DNA from: Anaerolineaceae bacterium
GTDB lineage: Bacteria; Chloroflexota; Anaerolineae; Anaerolineales; Anaerolineaceae
DNA length: 28,342 nucleotides
Assembly (NCBI GenBank): GCA_035340555.1
Contig: DAOQTN010000001.1
Coordinates: 1 to 28,342, forward strand
Reading direction: 5' to 3'
Within the stretch, counting starts at the first letter, position 1, and each line of letters begins with the position of its first letter. The notes under the pieces were generated by a model. That model saw only the letters and a program-made list of their open reading frames with translations. It was not told the origin of the DNA and did no database searches. Made by a program: the position numbers and the translations under genes. Shown one piece after another: positions 1 to 7,201 of this stretch.

Positions 1-17
1 TGTCCGAATTTTCACGC

Positions 18-758
18 ATGCCACGCTATGATATTCGCAATGATGGCGCGGGGCCATATGCCATCTTCTATTGCGATATCTGCGGACGCGAATTTCGCAG
101 TCAGCCGGACGTTGTGGGGACGATTTCATCCGACATTGGACGTCAGGCCGCCGGTGGTTTACTGCGCAAGATCCCACTGGTGGGGAATGCGGTGGCAAAC
201 AAGGTCACCGGAGAGGATCCTCGTTACAACTACAATCTGACACCTGCCCAACTGGAAAGCGCCTGGAAACAGGTGCAGCAGCATTTTCGCCAGTGCCCAA
301 CCTGCACCCGGATTGTCTGCCTGTCAGATTTCGATACCCAATCGGGTTTTTGCCAGGAAGACAGCCCGCGCACCGACCAGATTGCGGAAGCGCGCGGCCA
401 GCAGGCCGGGGCGGTGTTGAAAGGTTTTGCCACTGCACTGGGACTGGATCGCGTGGCCAGCCAGGTATCAAACGCGGCCGATGCTGCCCAGCGCGCGGCG
501 ACAGCCATGGCACGTTGTCCCCAAGATGGCACTCTGGCTACCCCCGGCACCAAATTCTGTCCAGAATGCGGCACTCCTATGACGCAACCGGCTGCGGCTG
601 CTTGCCCCAAGTGCGGCGCCGATGTACATGGGGCCAAGTTTTGCCCTGAATGCGGCACCAAAATCGAATCCACGCCGCGCCCGGCAAACTGCCCGCAATG
701 TGGTGCGGCCACAGAAGGGGGCAAATTCTGTCCAGAGTGCGGCACCAAGCTGGGATAG
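18..758 (+). CDS. Double zinc-ribbon (DZR) repeat protein; may start upstream of the window
   Basis: N-terminal CDIC and CPTCxxxVC motifs, then three C-terminal CPxC/D...KFCPECG repeats. The frame is open from base 3 (SEFSR-M), so the true start could lie upstream. Confidence 0.85.
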   Translation: MPRYDIRNDGAGPYAIFYCDICGREFRSQPDVVGTISSDIGRQAAGGLLRKIPLVGNAVANKVTGEDPRYNYNLTPAQLESAWKQVQQHFRQCPTCTRIVCLSDFDTQSGFCQEDSPRTDQIAEARGQQAGAVLKGFATALGLDRVASQVSNAADAAQRAATAMARCPQDGTLATPGTKFCPECGTPMTQPAAAACPKCGADVHGAKFCPECGTKIESTPRPANCPQCGAATEGGKFCPECGTKLG

Positions 759-778
759 CCGGCTGATCATTGGACGCC

Positions 779-989
779 AAAGAGCAGCCTGCCGGCATAA
801 GACCGCGCGCTTACAGGGATTTCGTAGCAGTAGGTTATACGCATCGGCTTAGAATCGTTCCTGTTACCTTCCGGGGTATCTGATCGTTGCAGGGTGGGGT
901 TGATGAAATCGCCAAACCCCGCAGAAGCCTTCTGGTGGTCTTACAGATGCCTTCGTACTGCTTCGAAATCCCTTACAAGGCTGCTTTTT
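779..989 (+). terminator. Probable intrinsic terminator of the DZR gene, split by an insertion
   Basis: AAAGAGCAGCCT (779-790) pairs with AGGCTGCTTTTT (978-989): 12 bp with one G-U on the plus strand, ending in a U-run. The arms come close together if 816-977 is removed. Confidence 0.45.
816..972. mobile_element. Candidate non-autonomous MITE-like element (157 bp)
   Basis: Terminal inverted repeats GGGATTTCGTAGCAGTA (816-832) and TACTGCTTCGAAATCCC (956-972) match at 16/17. They are flanked by the direct repeat TTACA at 811-815 and 973-977. No convincing internal ORF. Confidence 0.5.
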
Positions 990-1105
990 GGTTTCCACCA
1001 TAATGGATGTAAAATTATTCCAAATAATTGGAAGGGCATCTGTCTGCCCCGGCCCGATCCGGCAGGCGAAATTTAAACGCCAAAATCCATCCGGGATCAC
1101 TGATG

Positions 1106-1111
1106 TATAAT
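1106..1111 (+). promoter_or_regulatory. Possible sigma70-type -10 box about 190 nt upstream of the GNAT gene
   Basis: Perfect TATAAT; no good -35 box at 17-bp spacing. Confidence 0.35.
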
Positions 1112-1123
1112 TGATGTCAGTTG

Positions 1124-1217
1124 TGTGACCCTGTGGGGATGGCGCGTTTCGCCCAAAACTTCCGTGGGGAACTGGTCAACTCCGCTTGGAAAAGCACTCT
1201 TGAAACAGGGTAAGACA
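1124..1217 (+). ncRNA. Candidate structured leader RNA of unknown class
   Basis: The closing helix ACCCTGT (1128-1134)/ACAGGGT (1205-1211) encloses three small hairpins: GGCG/CGCC, TTCC/GGAA and GCTT/AAGC. It begins just after a TATAAT box. Confidence 0.3.
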
Positions 1218-1298
1218 ATTCCCCCCAAACTAAATTTTGTGGCTTACAAAGTCCCAGCGTCTTCAAGCTTTCCCAAATCCTTTTAGGAGATTAGCACC

Positions 1299-1766
1299 AT
1301 GACCACAGTTCCCATCATCCGGCCCTGCCAAGTGAACGATCTGCCTGTTGTGATGGAATTGCTGCACCAGTTGGAAGAAGTTGCCCCAGCTCAGTCCGAT
1401 TTGAAGCTGGTGCGATTACGTGATTTATTTACTGAAATGAAAGAACGTCCCGAAATCTATCTTAACCTGGTTTGCGAGATTGATGGACAGGTGGTTGGAT
1501 TTCTATCCATGATTTTTTACCGTACCTTCTTTCACCGGGGCGGCACCGCTTTAGTCAATGAGTTGATTGTTGACCAGCAGCGCCGTGGGGCGGGATTGGG
1601 ACAACTCCTGATGCAAACTGCCATCACCGAGGCGCTGGCTCGGGACATGGACGAGATCGAAGTTGGCACGGAGGAAGATAATACCGCCGCCCAGGCGTTT
1701 TACGCCCAAGCGGGTCTAAACGAACGCTATGTGCTGCTGGGGATGGAATTTGAAACCGAGGAATAG
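1299..1766 (+). CDS. GNAT family N-acetyltransferase
   Basis: Acetyl-CoA binding motif VDQQRRGAGLGQLLM and the N...A..FY motif; AGGAG ribosome-binding site upstream. Confidence 0.9.
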   Translation: MTTVPIIRPCQVNDLPVVMELLHQLEEVAPAQSDLKLVRLRDLFTEMKERPEIYLNLVCEIDGQVVGFLSMIFYRTFFHRGGTALVNELIVDQQRRGAGLGQLLMQTAITEALARDMDEIEVGTEEDNTAAQAFYAQAGLNERYVLLGMEFETEE

Positions 1767-1772
1767 AACCGT

Positions 1773-2810
1773 CTAGCGGGTTTCGGTCACTTTCCGGATG
1801 GTACGAGGCTGCTCCGTGTCATAACCCTTGGCACGGGTCAGATGATAAGCAAACAGTTGCCCGGCTGGAATGCTGACAATGGGGGTGAGGGCTTCAGGTG
1901 CAGCTGCCGGGATGCGAAATGCAGATTTTCCCATTTGGAGAGCGGATTCATCGTTGGAAATGATGACCAGTTCCGCCAGCAGATCGTCTTTAAGATGATG
2001 CAACAGTTCCATCTGGGGGGCAAAAACCTGCCCGGCAGGGGCAATGGCCATCACAGGAAAGCCACGCTCAACCATGGCTATGGGTCCGTGCAAAAAGTCA
2101 GCCGAAGAGTATGGCTCGGCGGAAACATACGTCAGCTCTTTCAGCTTGAGAGCCCATTCAAAGGCAGTCGCATAATTGAAGCCGCGCCCGAGTACCACAC
2201 ACTGCTGCATATAACGGTAGCGTTCTGCAGCTGCAGAAATCTGATCGTCCTGCTGCAGGGTTTGTGTCACCCAGGCCGGTACCTGGTTCAGGTCATCCCA
2301 GGCGGACTCATCTTCGGCAAAGGCTGCTGAAAGCATCGCCAGGGCCAATAATTCTGCCGTGTAGGTTTTGGTTGCCGCCACAGCCCGCTCAGAGCCGGCA
2401 CGAATCTCCAAAACATAATCCGCGGTTTTGGCCAGCGGCGAATCAGGGCAATTTGTAATCGCCAGCGTGGGGCAGCCCTGACGGTGGCCATCTTCCAGGA
2501 CACCCACGATATCAGGGGATTGGCCGGATTGTGAGATCCCCAGCACCAGCGCACGGCTGAGGCGCGGGGGTTGATGGTAGAACGTAAACAACGAGGGGGT
2601 TGCCAGTGCCACGGGCAGGTGATTGGCCGCGCCCCCGAGATAATTGGCATAACGTCCGGCATTATCCGAGGTTCCCCGAGCAGCCAAAAAAACATAATCC
2701 GTCTCGCGGTGACGCAGATCACGGGCAATGGCCTGTACCGTGTCACGCTGAGTGATCAACAGGCGGGTCAATACTTCAGGTTGTTCAAAAATTTCCGTAT
2801 AGAGGCTCAT
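1773..2810 (-). CDS. Tandem SIS-domain protein; probable glucosamine-6-phosphate deaminase (GlmS isomerase-domain-like, NagB-II/GlmD type)
   Basis: Motifs EIFEQP, ARGTSDNA, ISQSGQSPD, VAATKTY, GRGFNYATAFEWALKLKE, FLHGP and the C-terminal PRTIRKVTETR. There is no glutaminase domain. Confidence 0.88.
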   Translation of the reverse strand: MSLYTEIFEQPEVLTRLLITQRDTVQAIARDLRHRETDYVFLAARGTSDNAGRYANYLGGAANHLPVALATPSLFTFYHQPPRLSRALVLGISQSGQSPDIVGVLEDGHRQGCPTLAITNCPDSPLAKTADYVLEIRAGSERAVAATKTYTAELLALAMLSAAFAEDESAWDDLNQVPAWVTQTLQQDDQISAAAERYRYMQQCVVLGRGFNYATAFEWALKLKELTYVSAEPYSSADFLHGPIAMVERGFPVMAIAPAGQVFAPQMELLHHLKDDLLAELVIISNDESALQMGKSAFRIPAAAPEALTPIVSIPAGQLFAYHLTRAKGYDTEQPRTIRKVTETR

Positions 2811-2824
2811 TGGGTGGCAACTTT

Positions 2825-3676
2825 CTATTGAAGCAAACGAGAAATGCGGACAGCGACATCAGTTTGAAAGCGTTGGATGGCATCCTGGATAAATTTGCCT
2901 GGATCAAGCAAGGGATCTGCAATCAAGGGGGTGAGATCCATGGCAAAGGCGAGCCCGGTTGCCGTATCCACCCCGTGGGATGCAAAATAGGTGGCATTGG
3001 CGCGGCGGCGGGCCAGGGTGGATAGATCATAGCGCTTGCCACCGCTGATTTGTGAATCAAAGACTCCCAGCAGGGCTGATTGAAGGTTTTCCTGGTCGGA
3101 AAGATTAAAAGCCATCTTTTCTTCATCCAGCATCCAATCCAGACCGCGCCACACCTCACAGCCATAGACCTGTAGCGGACGCTCGGCAAGTGGAAGCCGA
3201 CGCAGTGCGGCAATCGCTTTGAGAGCGACGCCCACATGGGTATCATGCTTGTCTGCGAGGTTATGAGTGTAAACCACCTGTGGCTGACAGGTCCGCAGCA
3301 GGAGCGCCAAATCGTCCACCGGGCGGTCATCATTGCCGGATTTCACCGCAGAAGAGGGGTAATCCAGGATAACTTGGGCGGCATATTCACCTACATAAGC
3401 CGCTTTGCGCTGCTCTTTGAAGCGCACCGCACGCATTTCTTCATTATCGTATTGTGCGTAAAGACCGGCGCGCGGAGAGCCACGGCCATCTGTGACAACA
3501 ACGCCGGTAAACCAGCGGTCGGCGCGCTGGAAGCATTCCAGAATAGGTGCCGCAGCCATGATCTCAATATCATCCTGATGGGCGGCTATGGCCAGATGGG
3601 TTGTGCGCGCCAATGCAGCATTGGTTGGCTGGCCATCGGGAATATAAAGATCAGCAGTATCCAAATGAAATTGCAT
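2825..3676 (-). CDS. PIG-L/LmbE family N-acetyl deacetylase
   Basis: Metal-binding motifs AHQDDIE and HNLADKHDTH, plus VTDG, R..E and YGCEVW; AGGAG ribosome-binding site. Confidence 0.88.
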   Translation of the reverse strand: MQFHLDTADLYIPDGQPTNAALARTTHLAIAAHQDDIEIMAAAPILECFQRADRWFTGVVVTDGRGSPRAGLYAQYDNEEMRAVRFKEQRKAAYVGEYAAQVILDYPSSAVKSGNDDRPVDDLALLLRTCQPQVVYTHNLADKHDTHVGVALKAIAALRRLPLAERPLQVYGCEVWRGLDWMLDEEKMAFNLSDQENLQSALLGVFDSQISGGKRYDLSTLARRRANATYFASHGVDTATGLAFAMDLTPLIADPLLDPGKFIQDAIQRFQTDVAVRISRLLQ

Positions 3677-3685
3677 GCTAGACTC

Positions 3686-5077
3686 CTAGGATTGGATTTC
3701 CGGCAGACTGGCCGCGGCAATGGACTGCCCCACGCGGCGGCTCTTCTCATCGGGCAACTGAATTTGGAAAGCTCCATCAAGATCCGGAAATTCAGTTGCC
3801 AAGACTTGCCGGGCTGTCTGGAGAATGATCTCGCCCCCACTGCCAGAGGTGCACCGGCCCAAGATCAGCACATGGCGCATTGTGTAAAAATCAGCATAGT
3901 GGGCCAGGGCATATCCCAAATAGACTCCCATGCTTTGCCAGATCTGCCGGGCACCGGAGTGCCCAGACTCAAGCAATGCCTGAACAGCCTGGAGTTTCTC
4001 GGCATCAGTTATCCCGCTGGGAATACAGATACCAGCCTGCGGTGCAAGTCGGAAGACGCATTGCTGTGAGAAATACTGCGAACCGCAGCCTGAATCACCG
4101 GACCATTCCTCGGCCGGGGCATTGGGGGCATAATCCACTGGGGCAAAAGAAAGTTCATTCAACCAGCCCAGAATGTGCCCATCAGCATTCACATAACCGG
4201 CTGCTTCGCTTGAGCCCATTGCAATTCCCAGGATGCCGTTTTCCTCCAGCGACATTGCCCCCGCCAGGGCGGTCACATCACCATCGTTGATCACCTGAAT
4301 TGGCACCCCAACTTCATCCGAGAGACGTACAAACAGGGTGCGGATCTGATCATACTGTTCAGGTGGCACGGCACGGAAAAGCGAAGCCACCATTGGCCGA
4401 TTATCGATATAAATACCCGCTGAACTGCCGCCAATGGCATCCACCCGAGGCAGACGCGCTGCTGCCGACTGGATGGCCGCCAGCACTTCGTGATAATGAT
4501 AAGCTGGATCCGCATGGATCTTGGGTTCCCAGATGACTTCTTCACTATAAATCACCCGACCTTCCTGCACGGCGCTGACTTTGCGATCTGAAGCGCCCAA
4601 GTCAAAACCAATGCGACAGCCGTTCAGGTGACGGCCAATGGCTCGCCCTTGCTCGCTTGCCGGCGGAACTTCATCTGGATTGACAGCCACCACTTCGAAT
4701 GGACGCTGATAGACCTGGTTGCCCATGAAATCCGCGTCAAAATGGCGCGGGCCGCGGAGGGCATATATGGCGGACAGCTGGACTGCCAATTCAGCTGGTC
4801 CGCCGACATACAAGCGGAACCCACCCCGCTGCCAGAGCAGGAATTTCACCAGACGCTCAATATAAGGCAGGTTTTCCTGTGCATCGGGGTGTTCGGCGGA
4901 GAAGATGCTGGTTGCATATCGCGATATGCGCCCATCCTCACGCTCCAAACCCAACACCACCGGCAGACCCGCTGCGCCAACGCGGCGGCGGAAATGCCGG
5001 TTGGCCAGGCTGGCCGGACGAAAACCAGGATCCAGGGGGGGAAAAATGGCGGGAGAAACAAGGGATAATGAAGCCAT
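3686..5077 (-). CDS. ROK-family sugar-kinase-like protein with a long N-terminal extension
   Basis: Motifs IGFDLGAS, DAIGGSSAG, VINDGDVTALAG, GIAMGSSEAAG and GWLNELSF. Start moved to the ATG at 5077 because AAGGA lies 9 nt upstream. Confidence 0.8.
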   Translation of the reverse strand: MASLSLVSPAIFPPLDPGFRPASLANRHFRRRVGAAGLPVVLGLEREDGRISRYATSIFSAEHPDAQENLPYIERLVKFLLWQRGGFRLYVGGPAELAVQLSAIYALRGPRHFDADFMGNQVYQRPFEVVAVNPDEVPPASEQGRAIGRHLNGCRIGFDLGASDRKVSAVQEGRVIYSEEVIWEPKIHADPAYHYHEVLAAIQSAAARLPRVDAIGGSSAGIYIDNRPMVASLFRAVPPEQYDQIRTLFVRLSDEVGVPIQVINDGDVTALAGAMSLEENGILGIAMGSSEAAGYVNADGHILGWLNELSFAPVDYAPNAPAEEWSGDSGCGSQYFSQQCVFRLAPQAGICIPSGITDAEKLQAVQALLESGHSGARQIWQSMGVYLGYALAHYADFYTMRHVLILGRCTSGSGGEIILQTARQVLATEFPDLDGAFQIQLPDEKSRRVGQSIAAASLPEIQS

Positions 5078-5111
5078 GCAAAGCAATCCTTAAGTGGTCT
5101 CAACTCCATGG

Positions 5112-5141
5112 ATTGTACTTCAAATTGAGCGTGAAGGGCAA
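5112..5141 (-). promoter_or_regulatory. Possible promoter of the ROK-PIG-L-SIS operon
   Basis: TTGCCC-N18-TACAAT on the minus strand. Confidence 0.35.
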
Positions 5142-5446
5142 TTGAGTCTGGAGAGGCCAGTGTTCCCGGCAGCCACGATATGCAAGTTGAGAGCCTGTGA
5201 CTGGAGCCAGAACCTTCGGCAAAACCAGCTTCCCGCGTTTGTAGCTGCAGGAAACCTGAACGTTAATCTCACTGTAATTCTTAGGCCGCCGGTTTGGTTC
5301 CGGGGTGCATTATTGCAGTAAACCATCTTCCTGTGTAAATCATCCCAAAGGAGACCATTCCGCAGCTTCAGGCTCAATCTTTATGCGCTTGCTCCAACAA
5401 TAAAGAGGGGGGATGAGAAGGACCTGATGATTACCGCCGATCGGCT

Positions 5447-6874
5447 TTACAAGTTCATCGATCCGGTTCGTTCGGCGATCAGATCTTCACCGTTTTGCCG
5501 GAACGCCAGGGCGGTGATGCATCCGTTCTCGCGCTGGAATTGCAAGGAAGCATTAAGTTGGGAGAGATAAAAACGATCCACATCGCGCGGACATAATACC
5601 AATGTCGGCTGACCGGGAATGTCCAGCGTCAGACCGGTGTCGCTGTGGCGAATCTGAAAATGCCAGCCACCAGCAGTGTAATCGCCCACAAACTCAAGCA
5701 ATGCAGAGCTGGCCGGAGGGGCGGCCATGGGGAGGAAGGGCACATCCACAAAGCTGTCCCAGCCAAATTCCAAGGCTACATTATTAATCCATTCGTCGGT
5801 CAGGGCGTCACCGCTGTCAGAATTGGTCATGACGATCGCGGCCTGACCACGGCCTTTGCGGACAATTATCTGATTGCGATACCCCTCATTTGAACCGCCA
5901 TGGCCATAATAAAGATCATCCGGCTCTCCAGTCAGGAAAAAGCCCAGCCCTTCGTCTCCGTCCAGACCAAGGCCGCGGAGTGCGATCTGTGGCGTGAGCA
6001 TTTCGATCAATAGATCAGGGTGAATCAAACGTCCAATTTCGCCACGTAGCGTGGCTTCCAGCAAGACAATCAGACGGGCAAGGTCGGTGGGTGTGGTCCA
6101 AAGACCCGCAGCCGCGCTTTCAGGATAACGATGCCAGTTGCCGCTCAAAGGATCACCATTATTGCGGTGACCGACAGCTGCGCGGGCATGCCAATCAACA
6201 GGCAGTGGATCCAGGTAGGTTGAGTGCATCATCCCGGCGGGTTCAAGGACACGTTGCCAGGCGGCCTGCCAGAAGGGTTGCCCGGTGAGATCCTCAATCA
6301 GCTGTTGTACAATCATATACCCACCCCCCGAATAGCGAAAATGTAAGCCAGGGAGTGTATCCACTTGAATGGCCGGAGAATTGACGGGAGGTTCGCCATT
6401 TAAAATCTGCCGCAGGCTGGGAACCGTCGCGCGCTCAGGGTACCCCAAAAAGCCGTGCACGGTGACGCCGCCGGAGTGCGACAGCAGTTGACGCAAGGTA
6501 ACCCGGGGCTGCCAGCCGGCTTTGGCCGGAATTCGCCAGGAGATCAGGAAATCCTGCACATTGGCATCAAGCGTCAATCTGCCTTCGGCCACCAGACTGA
6601 GGGCAGTGAGTGCAGCAATAGGTTTACTGATGGAAGCCGCCTGGAAACAGGTCTCCGGTGTGATCAGATCGGGATCGCCCTGACATCGGACACCATAGGC
6701 CCCAGCCCAAATGATCTCACCCCCTTCGATTATTGCCATGCTGGCGCCGGGAATATGCTGCGCTGCCAAGCGTTCGGTCAGCGGCAGTTCCTGCCAGCCA
6801 TCGGCATAGAAAGGATGAAAGACTCGAAAATGCTGCTCAATTCGATCCAGCGAGGTCTGGTGATTATGGAACAT
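5447..6874 (-). CDS. Serine hydrolase, beta-lactamase/class C (AmpC-like) fold, with a C-terminal accessory domain
   Basis: SxxK (AASISK), FRYSGGGY, AAAGLWTTPTDLA and HGGSNEG motifs; AAGGAG ribosome-binding site. Confidence 0.9.
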   Translation of the reverse strand: MFHNHQTSLDRIEQHFRVFHPFYADGWQELPLTERLAAQHIPGASMAIIEGGEIIWAGAYGVRCQGDPDLITPETCFQAASISKPIAALTALSLVAEGRLTLDANVQDFLISWRIPAKAGWQPRVTLRQLLSHSGGVTVHGFLGYPERATVPSLRQILNGEPPVNSPAIQVDTLPGLHFRYSGGGYMIVQQLIEDLTGQPFWQAAWQRVLEPAGMMHSTYLDPLPVDWHARAAVGHRNNGDPLSGNWHRYPESAAAGLWTTPTDLARLIVLLEATLRGEIGRLIHPDLLIEMLTPQIALRGLGLDGDEGLGFFLTGEPDDLYYGHGGSNEGYRNQIIVRKGRGQAAIVMTNSDSGDALTDEWINNVALEFGWDSFVDVPFLPMAAPPASSALLEFVGDYTAGGWHFQIRHSDTGLTLDIPGQPTLVLCPRDVDRFYLSQLNASLQFQRENGCITALAFRQNGEDLIAERTGSMNL

Positions 6875-6903
6875 GACTAAACTCCTTTCAAACGGATTTA
6901 GAG

Positions 6904-6909
6904 ATTATA
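6904..6909 (-). promoter_or_regulatory. Possible -10 box for the serine hydrolase gene
   Basis: TATAAT on the minus strand about 30 nt upstream of the ATG; weak -35 box. Confidence 0.35.
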
Positions 6910-7003
6910 AACCGGATAATTGGTGTTTCGCAGTCAATCTCCCAATTTTTGGGGGTTTTGAGACCGTCAACCATCTGAGGGCTCGGACATCCCAAGATTC
7001 CAA

Positions 7004-7115
7004 CTTTCTGGTTTTCGGGTTGGGTGGCTTTCTGGCTTTAGGGATCCAGGGTTTTCCGGTTGTCCGGTTTTCGGGGATTCAAGGTTTTGGGCTTTCGGGG
7101 TTCAGGGCCTGATGG
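7004..7115. repeat. Degenerate 8-bp tandem repeat (about 14 units, consensus roughly YTTTYNGG)
   Basis: In-register octamers: ctttctgg ttttcggg ttgggtgg ctttctgg ctttaggg atccaggg ttttccgg ttgtccgg ttttcggg gattcaag gttttggg ctttcggg gttcaggg cctgatgg. Confidence 0.7.
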
Positions 7116-7140
7116 GTTTGGGTTTATTATTTGGTTATTC

Positions 7141-7169
7141 TTGACTTTCAATGCCCGCCCTGATAGGAT
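7141..7169 (+). promoter_or_regulatory. Sigma70-type promoter of the MFS gene
   Basis: TTGACT-N17-TAGGAT with an extended TG; AGGAG and the TTG start follow. Confidence 0.7.
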
Positions 7170-7201
7170 TGACGCGATTTCCCATCTGCAGGAGACTATA
7201 A

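Noticed and set aside
880-970. Hammerhead ribozyme or T-box (CTGATCG, CGAAA, AGGGTGG)
   Set aside because: The cores do not match CUGANGA or the T-box AGGGUGGNACC, and the required flanking helices are missing.
811-977. CRISPR repeat or repeat/anti-repeat reading of the AATCCC-TTACA-GGGATT palindromic ends
   Set aside because: Only one inverted pair, with no directly repeated units, spacers or cas genes.
3236-4069. 277-aa plus-strand ORF
   Set aside because: Antisense shadow of the PIG-L and ROK genes with no recognisable motifs.
5120-5377. 85-aa ORF or possible gene remnant upstream of the ROK gene
   Set aside because: No family motif, no ribosome-binding site, and it overlaps the putative promoter.
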